64,000 nucleotides of DNA from Anaerolineaceae bacterium (GTDB lineage Bacteria; Chloroflexota; Anaerolineae; Anaerolineales; Anaerolineaceae). A program made the translations under genes and the position numbers. The stretch spans positions 1,947-65,946 of the forward strand of contig JAFPZX010000045.1 in NCBI GenBank assembly GCA_017417055.1, in the 5' to 3' direction. This document shows positions 49,201 to 61,200 of this stretch, piece after piece (within the stretch, counting starts at the first letter, position 1; each line of letters begins with the position of its first letter). The notes under the pieces are model-generated. The model was not told the DNA's origin, searched no databases, and worked only from the letters and a program-made list of their open reading frames with translations.

Positions 49201-52200
49201 GTCCTACATCTGGACGATCAGCAATATCCTGCTTTCGGGCGATACGGCGGACCGTGCCAAAGCGGAATATACCGGAGACGCGGTATTCAACGGTTCTGCC
49301 AGTGATACGGTGATGTTCAAGACCGTTCCGACACAAATTACTGTCAGCAGTGCCTTCAAGAAAGGTACAGATTATGCGGATATCAGCGCTCTTCTCAGCT
49401 GGGAGAACAGTGAAGCGGATGGCAGAAAGCCTTCCGGAACGGTGAAGTTCACCGCGGGAAGCGGCAGCTGTACGCTTGATATTGAAACAAAAGTTCTTAG
49501 CTGCGAACCGAAGACCGGTTCAGTCAGCGAGGATCGCACCATCTATTCTGTCACCGGCATGCTGCTGGATGACAAGACCGCGGACCGTGTTCAGGTGGAA
49601 TACAGCGGTGACGGCTTCTTTGAACCCTCCGTCAGTTCCAAGGTCCTGTTCCAGACCATCCCGACAGACCTGGTGATTTCCGATGCTTCCATCAGAAATC
49701 CGGGCTTCATCAGTCTGAAAGCCAAATTGCACTGGGTTGATAATACGGGTTCTGACGCGGCCCCCTCCGGAACCATCAAATTCACCTCCGGAACCGGGAC
49801 CTGTACGCTGGATATTTCCGGCACAACTCCGCGGTTCACCGACTGCGACGGTCAGGCTTCCGCGCCGGTGAAAGACGGGAATAATCTCACCTATACCATT
49901 ACGAATATGTACTTCGGCGGCAAGGCCGGAGATACGGTCAAAGCAGAATACTCCGGAGACGGGCTGTTCCTCGCTTCCGCTTCCGAGACGCTTGACTTTG
50001 AACATCAGGATACCATCCTGGAAATTACGGAAGCCTACAAACCGGAAGCTGGGCTTGTGAATTCGACCCTCAGGCTTTCCTGGGAGAAAGAAAAAGCGGG
50101 CGAGGAAAAGCCCTCCGGGAGCATTAAGCTCCTCATCGGCGGCAGTACCTGTACGCTGAACATGGAAGACAATTCCTTCAACTGCTCGGGCGAATCGACT
50201 GTAATCACCGCTCCGGATAAGAATAATCCGGTTGAATACACACGGGATTCCGTGCAATATCTGTCCTACACCTGGATATTTGAAAAGATCTTGCTGTCCG
50301 ATACCAGTGCGGACCGCATGAAAGCCGAATACAGCGGCGACGGTTTCTTCAACGAATCCGCCAGTGTGACGGTCCTGTTCAAGACCATGCCGACGGAACT
50401 TACCATCACGAAGGGTGATAAGAAGTCCTCCGGTCTGCTTGATCTCGATATGACACTGAAATGGATCGGTGAAGCACCGGGTAACTCCAGGCCGGAAGGC
50501 AACATCAAATTGACCTCCGGCACCAGAACCTGCACCCTGAACATCAGCGGGACACAAGTCCGGCTGACGGATTGCCAGGGAGACCAGCCTTCTATGGCAC
50601 TGGATGGAACAACGCTTTCCTTCATTGTCAGGAACCTGAATATGGGCGGCGCTACAGGAGAAAGCATCAAGGCGGAATATTCCGGCAACAGCATCTTCCT
50701 GGCTTCTGCTTCTGATTCGCTGTTCTTCAGCAAGATCGATACAACACTGACGATCAATCCGAACGAGGTCTACAAGACTACCGAAGGCCTTGTCACCATG
50801 CTGACCTCTCTCAGCTGGGAACCGCAGGCCGATGGGAAAACACCCACCGGTACCATCACATATACCATCGGATCCGACAACTGCGTGCTGGATATTGTTA
50901 CCAAAGAATTCAGCTGCTCCGGTACCGATACCGTAATCGACGGACCGGGATCAGGGGAAAGCGGTACATTTGAATGGCATCTGAAGAAAATTTTGCTCTC
51001 CAATGCGAATGTGGATCGTGTAAAGGCGGTTTACAGCGGCGACGCTGCGTTCAATCCGTCCACCAGTCTGACGGTTCTCTTCAAAACGCTTGAAACCGGA
51101 CTCACTATTACCGATCAGAGCAGGCTGAGCACCGGCAATGTCAGTTTTACTACAACTGTGAGCTGGGTTGATACACCTCCTGTGAAGGATCGGGATGCGG
51201 ACCCGCAAACGTATATTACCCCTGTCGGTTCCATCAAATTCACTGCCGGCAGCGCTGCCTGCAATCTGTCCCTTGGCTCCGACCCGCTGAAGCTGGATTG
51301 TGACCCGAATGCTACGGTTACACTTCAGGCTGCTGATCCTGATGATCCGCAGAAAAATGTTTACCGTATCGAAAACCTGAACATGGGCAGCGTTGTGGAA
51401 ACCATCAAGGCAAATTATTCCGGTGATGGCTGCTTCCTGCCTTCGGAATCCAACACGATTTCCTTTGTCAAGATGAACACAACGACCACCATTGACAGCA
51501 GTAAGATCACCCGTGTGGATGAACAGACGGTCACGTATAATGTCACACTTGGTTCGGATGATTCGGACGCGGACGTTGATGGAATGACCGGCACGATCAA
51601 ATTCACTATCGGCTCCGATACCTGTAATTTTGACATCACGACGCAAGATTTCAACTGCCGCGGCGAAAACACAAGTATAACTGCGGAAAAGAATGCTGAG
51701 GCTAAAAGGATCACCTGGACATTCCAAAATGTTGTGCTTTCTTCCGGCAACAATGCGGACCGGATGAAGGCGGAATACGGTGGAAACGATATGTACAATC
51801 CTTCTTCCAGTGCGATCGTTTTCTTCACGAAAGTCACAACGTATCTTGCGATCCCTGAAGCTTCCAAGTCAAATGACGGGCTCATCACGATGACCGGTGA
51901 GTTCAGCTGGGATCCTGCTCCGGCCGGAAAGCTGCCGGCTGGGACCATCAAGTTCCTTTCCGGTTCGGCCACCTGTACGCTGAATATCACTGCCGATCCG
52001 ATCAGGTTCAGCGATTGCGCGGGCGATATTACGGTAACAAAAGATACTGAAAATCGTAAATACACCTACACGGTAACAGACATGGACATGGGCTCGAATG
52101 TCGGTGATGATGTTAAACTGGAATATGCCGGTGACGGAACCTTCCAGCCTTCGGTTTCTGATACTTACTCCTTCACGAAGGTGAACACCACGCTGACCAT

Positions 52201-55200
52201 CGACGCGAATGAGACATTCCGGACGAGTGATTTTACCGCGACTGTCCTTGCCACGCTCAAATGGAATAAGGCAGACGCGGATAGCAAGACCCCAACAGGA
52301 ACGGTCAAATTCACCATCGGTGCGGATGTTTGTACTCTGGATATTAATACAAAAGAATTCAGCTGTTCCGGGGCTTCGACGGATGTTGATGTGCAGCCGC
52401 TTGCCACAGAAGACACCGATGAGGAAACAGGACTGAAACTGACGATCAATAATATCATGCTTTCCGCATCCAACAACGCGGACCGGGTGAAGGCAGATTT
52501 CAGCGGTGACGCCATTTTCAATCCGTCCTCCAGTTCCGTCGTGTTGTTCAGGACGATCGAAACAACGCTTGATATTTCCGAACAGAAAAAACTGCCCACG
52601 GGTTTGGTCAATCTGAACACAGAGCTGAGTTGGGAAGACGTTTCGCCGACAGGAAAGACACCTGTTGGGACGATCAAATATACGTCGGGAACCGCGGTTT
52701 GCACGCTAAACTTAGCCACGCAAAAATTCACAGACTGTGATGGAAATGCTGAAATCACCTTTGCGGAAAAGACAGCCACGGTTGTGATTACCGGCCTGAA
52801 CTTTGGGCGGAATGTCGGTAATGTCATCAAGGCTGAATATTCCGGCGACGGCTGTTACCTGTCTTCTGTCTCTTCGGAAGAGGAACTGGTGTTTACCAAA
52901 CTGATTCCGGAACTGGAGATCAGAAGGGCTTATAAACCCGGTGATACCAAACTGGTCAATATGATCGTTGGCCTGGAATGGGTCAAAGAAGATGCGATGG
53001 AAAAGGAACCGACCGGAACCATCACCTTCACAATGGGCAGCAATTCCTGTGCCCTGACGATCGCTACAAAAGCATTTACCTGCAGCGGACCGGATACGAA
53101 GATCGAACGAACTGATTCTGACGGATCGTTTGTCTGGACGATCAGCAAAGCTCTGCTTTCCGCAACCCCTGCGGAAGTTGACCGCGTCAGCGCAAAATAC
53201 AGTGGTGATGACGTATTCGAGACTGTGAACAGCAATTTGGTGATCTTCCGTACGGTTGAGACTGAATCTGTTATCCGGAACAGTGATTCCGAATGGCCTT
53301 ATAAACCCGCGGAAGGGTATGCGAGCTTTATCACATCTCTTACCTGGAACACAAGCGATGAGGCCCTGACATGGGATATGGAAGAAGGAACGACACGGAC
53401 ACCTACCGGGACGATCACCTTCAGCCCGATGGAAGAGGATAAAGAAGCCGGCAAATGCGTGCTGACGATTTCCCCCGGCAAGCTGAATTGTGAAGGAACT
53501 GTTTCCGGTTCTGTTACGAATCAATACGAGATTCGCAGGATGCTGCTTTCCAACTTCAAAGCCGACCGTATTAAAGCGGAATATTCCGGTGATGGCTTCT
53601 TTACTGCCTCGACCAGTACCGTAGTTCTGTTCAAGACCTCCGATACAGCGACGGCTATCACGAATGCGGAAAAGGCACAGGATGGCAAGGTGACGATGAA
53701 CATCGCGGTCACCGGCTCCGTTCAGCATCCGGAAGGAATCAAACCGCTGGGGACCATCAAGATCACATCCGGTTCCAAGACCTGTACGCTGGATATTAAG
53801 AACAGTCCGTCAAACGCCAAATTCACGGACTGCAGCGGTAAGGTGAATTATGACATGGATAATGATCTTTATAAAATCACAGATCTGGAAATGGGGAAGG
53901 ACGCGGGTACGACAATCAATGCCGTTTATTCCGGTGACAACGCCTTCTTCAATGGTTCTACGTCTCCATCTGTCGATTTCCTCAAGATCGATACATTCCT
54001 GGTTCTCATGGAAGACAACGTGTATAAGACCGCTCCGGATCGCGCTACCGTGGAAACACGCCTTTCCTGGAGTTCTGCTCTGTCCGGCTCCAAGCGTCCG
54101 ACGGGGACGATCACGTTCACCATCGGCAGTGATTCCTGTAAATATGACCTGACAACGCGTGATTTCAGCTGTGAAGGCACGGATACCTGGATCAGTGTGG
54201 CGGAAAGTACCAACGGCCGCTTTACAGGGCTGTTTGAAAACATCGTCCTTTCCGGTACGACGGCTGACCGTGTCAAGGCGAGCTATAGCGGAGACTCGAT
54301 CTTTAATCCGTCTGAAAGTCTTGTTATGATCTTCAAGACGGTCCCGACAACGCTTACCATCAGTGAAAACGCTTATCGCCCGACAGAAGGGTACGCCAGC
54401 TTCGATTCGCAGCTGTCCTGGAATACCACGGACGCGAATGGCAGGACGCCTTCCGGGACGATCAAGTTCACTGTGGGCAGCGGCTCCTGCACGTTGGATC
54501 TCAGTACGCAGGCGCTGAGCTGCGAGTCCACGAGGAGCACCTATGATTCTGCGACCGGTGCGATGGTGATCCGGAACATGCTGCTGGATGACAAGACCGC
54601 TGACCGCATCAAGGCTGAATACAGCGGCGACGGGTTCTTCCTGCCTTCCGCCAGTACCACTGTGCTCTTCAAGAAAGCGGATACGACTACGAGTATTACC
54701 AATATGACGAAAACAACTGCGGGTGTGGTGAATATGACGCTCACAGTTCATCCGGGTGAAGCGCATCCGGACGGCCGAATGCCGCTGGGAACGGTTAAAG
54801 TTACCTCGGGTTCGAAGACCTGTACGCTGGATATCACGTCGGATCCGCAGAAGTTCACAGACTGCAATTTTGATAAGATCGAAAAGTCCGGGGAGAATTA
54901 TGTTATCACGGGCCTGGTGATGGGATCCGATGCCGGAAACAGCATCCGTGCGGAATATTCCGGCGACAGTTATTTCGACGGGTCTATTTCTCCGACGGTG
55001 GACTTTGTCAAGCTGGATACCACGATTTCGGTTGAAAAAGCTTATAAATCCGCTCCTGCCGCTGCGGAACTGACAGTGAAGCTCGGTTGGACAAAGGATG
55101 AAAGAGCGGGCGAAACCCCGAGCGGTACGGTCAAACTGACGATCGGCAGTGATACCTGTACGCTGAACATTCAGACAAAAGCCTTTGACTGCGCCAGCCC

Positions 55201-58200
55201 GGACACTGTGATCGATGATCCGATAACGACAGATGTCAGTTATGAATGGAACCTTCACAACGTCCTGCTTTCCGGTACCACAGCAGATCGTGTCAAGGCT
55301 GAATACGGCGGCGACGCGACCTTCAATGCTTCCTCCAGTACGACAGTGATGTTCCGGACGGTTCCGACCTCGATTGTGATACTGACAGCAGATAAACCTG
55401 GTGCCTCTTATGCCAATATCACATCAGAGCTGACCTGGGACAACACATTGAACACAGAAAACCGCACGCCCACTGGGACGGTCAAGTTTACTGTTGGCTC
55501 CGGCAGCTGTACGCTGGACCTTGTGACCAAGGCACTGAGCTGCGAACCGAAGACCGGAACGGTGGATGAGTCTGTGGAAGGGAAACGCTCGATTGAGATT
55601 CTTTCCATGCTGCTGGATGACAGCTCTGCGGATCGTATTTTCGCGGAATACAGCGGCGACGGTTACTTTGAACCCGCCACCAGTACCAAGATCCTGCTGC
55701 AGAAGCTCAATGTTGACCTTCAGATCACGAAGATCACGGATGAAGCCGGTGTGGAACATACATCCTTCTATACACCGGGACAGACGGTCCGCATCGTGAC
55801 CAATCTGGACGGCGCGCTGGATGATCCCGCCCCGACCGGAACGATTTCCGTGACTGTGGATACTGCATCTTGTACGATCACTTTGCCGCAAAACACCTGT
55901 CTGCTCACGCTGCCGAAAACCCCGGGTGAAAATATCACGGTCAACGCTGTTTACAGCGGCGATAATGGCTATAACGGCGACGATGCCCAAAGTTCGATCA
56001 CGATTGCGGATCCGAAACAGCTGACGATCTCGATCGACAAAATCACAGATGCTGAAGGCGTTGAACAGGATAGTTTCGCTTTTGAACAGGAAGTTATCGT
56101 TCAGGTGAAGGCGGATAACGTTGATGAAGATGAGCTTCCGACCGGAAACATCACAGTGAAGATAGGTACTTCAACCGCGGCCTGTCCCATCTCCTATCCG
56201 GATCCGGCTTCCTGCAGGATCAAACTGCCGGATACAGCCAAAACTTATGACGTGACGGCAGAATATGAAGGCAATACCTATTACCAAAAAGCTGTGGCTG
56301 AGCCGAAGAAAGTCACTGTTGACAGGAATGATATCAATCTGAAGCTCACCGTCACAAATGATGTTAAGAATGAGCAGGGAGCATATCTTACTCAGCCGTA
56401 TTATGTGTATGATCAGGCCGCGGATACCGGTCAGACGGTTCGGGTTTGTGCGGAGCTGTCTTATGAGGGCAGTGTGCTGCCTGACCAATCGAAAATGATC
56501 GTCATCACGGATGAAAACCATCAGCAGTTGAATCCGATTGCCTCGTTCCCTGTTTCGCAGCAATGCGGTACATTCACAACAGATAAATTTAAAGATTATG
56601 TGGGCACCACAATCACATTAACCGGTACTTTCGATGGTGATGACCATTATGTCAGTAAAAAAGCTGAAACCACCCTGGACATTCGAGAACGGATCCATCC
56701 CCATTTGTCAATGGATTATGCTATGGTGCAGCATGTTGAAGAAAATATCGGAATCATCGCATTTGGCTTTTATGGAATTCCCGAGGATCTTCCGGATGGT
56801 GTTTCGTATAAGAAAGATACTACCCGTGTTCCGGAAACTAAACAGGAAGTGAAGTTTACGATCACAAATGGCACTGATACCAAAGAGATAACCTATAATC
56901 TTGAAACAGGTGCTCTCTCAGGTGATGAGTATGTGTGGTGTGAAGATAATGAATGTCTGCTGATTTCCAACGACTTTCCTGTGCCTTACACTCCGGGACA
57001 GACAAAAATCAGTGCCTCATACGGAAGTGATAACCGGTATTTCCTTAATTGCGATTTCGGTCCTATCGATGTTGAAAAGGATGATGGGATAGAAACAACA
57101 CTTGCTCTGTCTGATGTGTTGAAGATCGATAACCCTGTTGAAGGAAGTACAAATGGACATTTATTCCTGAAAACTGAATTGTCTTATGATAAGTGGGCTG
57201 CAGATTTGTATAAAGAAGATGAAGATTCGGAAGCTGTTAAGCCGAAAGGAAGTCTGCTGATAAAATTTGATGGTTCGAGTGAAGAAAAAGAATGTGATTT
57301 CGATCTTGAAATGATGGATTTCTCCTGTGGTTTAGTTACGATTGAAGAGGATAGCGGTACAGAAACGCCGGATGAGAATAAGAAGGTTCGGGTCAAATTC
57401 GAGGTCAGAAACATCAATGTTCCGGAAAACAGTGGAAATGTCCATGTGCAATATAAGCCGGTAAGCGAAACCCACTATTTTGCTGCGTCTGACGTGGCTG
57501 ATGCGTATATCACTACCGAGGATCGCCCTGTAATCACCATCCCGGAAGAAGGTGTCCAGAAGACCACACATACCACTGCGGATCTGGAATTTACAGTGAA
57601 GGTGTACAACCTTGAGGAAAAATACGACGTCTATAATCTGGTCAAGCTGGGTTCAAAGAGCGATGCAGAAGGTGCGGAAGAGAAGACCTGTACCTTCAGA
57701 ATCTTCAGCGATGGATCGATGGATTGGGTAGATGGTCCCTGCACAGGTACGATCTCACGCAATGAAAGTGTTGATGATTCAGGTGATCATATCTATACGT
57801 ACTCCATAAAGAATCTCTCCGGTATTATTGCTCAGGAAGATAAAAAGCTTTCCGTGACGGTAATGAACGATTATTTGTCTGATATAGAAACTCCGTGGGT
57901 GCTTGCCGAATACCCGGTTGCTGTGGCGGATTATTGGATCAAAAAGGTTCCTACGACCTTGAAGCTTACGAATGTACTGAAGTACAACGAGACACATGGT
58001 TATGTGACTTTTGATATCGAGTATGATGAAGAGAGTGTGACTTTTGAAGACGTATTTCCGGGTGGCAAGTTACGCTTAAGGGCCGTCGGTACGGAGGGTA
58101 TGTACAGTGATTACTGCCTGTTTGATCTGAACTCACCCACTGCTGACCCGGTTGAGGGATGTGAAGGTGCCACGATGAGGGCAGAGCGGCTGTCTGACGG

Positions 58201-61200
58201 TGAGTTCCATTATGTGATCCGCAATGTGCCGGTTGAGGACAGACACACCCAGGTAGAGATGCTGTATTTCGGTGATGATTACTTTGAAGAAGCTGAGCTT
58301 GCAGAAGCGGACTTCACCGATGAAACGCCGCAGATCACGATCAACAATGCTGTTTATACGACTGATAAGAAGGTTTATGCCGACTTTACGGTGACCGATG
58401 TTGATGGTATTTCTGCTGTTTACGGACTCAATGAACGGGTTCGCTTCGGGTCCGCGGCAGGCGGCAAATACTGCACCTATCATCTCGTAAATGAGGAGTT
58501 TGAAACAGATAGCAATCCTGATTGCGCCGGAGAACTGGTTATTGATGGATCGACATATACGCTCAGGGGTCTTGCCGGTCTCTATACAGATGCAGATACG
58601 AGCTTCTCAGTGAATGTTTTCACCAAAGACGTTCTGACTGAATCAGAATACCCGACAGCAACCAGGAATTACAGCAAACTGGAAACCGGCTTTATGTTGT
58701 CCAATGAGCTGAAGGTCATGAACAAATACGCCTTCCTGACCGCGGATTTCAGTTACGAAAATGAAATCTCCGGCAGATACAATGTGAAACCTACAGGAAT
58801 CTTTACTTTCACCACCTCCGCCGGTACCTGCAGTTTTAATATTGCAAACAGGAGTACCAGCGCAGTGAATAGCGAAGGGGAGCCGGTTGACATTTGTTGG
58901 GTGGAATATGATGAACTGGCAGAGATGAATGGAAAAATCCATTTTATCGTGAAGAAACTCGCCTCCAATGCCAATACCCGAGCGATTACTGTGGGGTATT
59001 CCGGCGATGATTTCTTGTCGGACATTAATGTAACGCGGAATATTGATATCGATGCCCATCCGGTGATCGCAATCAAAGAAGGTTCCGCGCTCAAGACCTC
59101 ATTGAGAAGTGCAAATGTCACCTTCCAGGTGGTCGCTGCCGGTTATTACGCGGATATTTACGGCAGTTTCTTTGACCAGATCAAGCTCTATTCAAATGAC
59201 AGCAGGGCCAGCTATATCAACATCAGCGACATCATGGAGGTCGATGACACCTCCGGAACAGCTTCGTTTATCAACTCGACTGACACCGGTACGATCACCT
59301 GGACAAAAGAAGGTGATACCGTCACCTTCACCGTGACCGGTTGGAGCGGTCCGATCAATCCCGCGGATACAACCTGTACCGTGGAGCTGGTGAGCCATAC
59401 TTATCTCACCGAATCTGAATATCCGAAGGATGACGAGCCCTTCGGGCATAATACCGGTTGGACCAATCTCGCGGTTTCGGATGTTTATTCTGCGGCAGGA
59501 AGCCATGTTTACCTGACCGCGGTGCTGAGTTATGATCCGGATATTGCGGATGCCTATGTAACGCGACCCTCCGGAACGCTGACAATCACCGGGAATAACG
59601 GCGGTACACCCAAAGTCTGCGAGTTCGGTCTGTACGCTGATTATTTTTATGATGTCGACACGAATGATAGGTGCGGAACGATAGAAGTTGACGCAGAAAA
59701 TCATAAGGCGACTTTTGTGGTGCGCACTTATGAAGGCGCGGCAGGTACGACTGTCAGCAGGGTTCAGGTCCAATACAACGGGGATGAATATTTCAACCAA
59801 TCCGCGCTCGTGAGCGCAAATTCCAATACGGAATCACCAACAGTCGAAATTTCATATCTGCTGCGCTCTCTTGAATCGGATGGTTCCCGTAATGGTTATG
59901 TCATGTTCACAGTCGACGGAATTGATGAGAACACCCTGGCCGGCAAATATAATGTTTATCCTTATATTCGTCTGATGAGACATACGACCGGCAGTGCTGC
60001 GGATTACTGCCTTTTTGATCGTGCTGCGAAAACTCTTACAGGTTATAACAATTGTCATGCGGACGAAATTATTGTTAATGGTAATACTTACATTTTCAAA
60101 AATCTGAATGGCGAATGTAATGGCCAAAAAATAATTCAACCGAGACATAATAGCTTTGAGGTGTCTCTGTATCCTAATATTGTTACGGATAGATGGTCGG
60201 TTACGTCATATCCAATGGATTACCAACTCTGGCTGGATAGACTCTCTACGAGTCTGTCTTTGCCTGAGATTGTTAAAGTCAGTGATAGACATGTGGTTAT
60301 AAAGGCGGAATTGACATCGGAATTGAATGAGCAGGTTGTTGCGAATGCATTTGGTATTGCTCCCACAGGGACGATATACTTCACCTCAGGCGGTTTGGAC
60401 TGCACCTGCGATATTGACGAGGGGACCTGTACCGGCGGCTGTGAGGCAGATGTGACCAAAACAGTGGGTACCTGGCCCATAACCATGTTAGTCCGGAATC
60501 CTGCAGGAACCGCCGATGTGGAAACTCAGATCGATGCTGCATACAAAAGCGACCGTTTATTCATGTATTCTGACATGATCGGTACTTTCGTAAATGGGGC
60601 CCCGACGATCACCATTGATTCTGCTCAGAAGCTCAGCAACACAAAAGCCAATGTAACTGTGACGGTCCATGGCAATGATTATGTGGAATACTATAGCAGT
60701 GTGTACGATCAGATCCGGCTGGCCGCCCATGACGGTGAGTACAATTACATTGAAAATATTTCAGATATCCTGAGAAGCAGCTCCACCAGTGGGACAGCGA
60801 CGCTGAGTATTGGATCCGGCGAGGTGAGCTGGACGAAATCCGGAAACGACGTTACCTTTACCGTGACGAATTGGGAAGGACCCATCGATGCGGAAGATAC
60901 CCAGTGTACCGCGTGGCTGCTCGCTTCCGGGCTCGGGGAAGACCAGTATCCGAAAGCCGGTCCGAGGACCTTCACCCATACGAAGGGTTCCGTAAAACTT
61001 TCATTTGATGGTAAAGTTCTGAATGAAGAAAATGATAATTTCTTTATGGATGTGGTGTTGGATTATGATCCGCAGACCGCAGCCGGATTCCAAAAGCCGA
61101 AAGGCCGTCTTACGCTCAGAGGTTATGTAGCAAGTACTACATGCGACTTCGATCTGAATCAGAGCACTGTGTCTTGTCAGCAGAGCGGCTGCAGCGCACA

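Noticed and set aside
43418-55990. Many 100-480 aa antisense ORFs inside the giant gene
   Set aside because: They mirror the repeat periodicity of the sense gene; no independent coding signal
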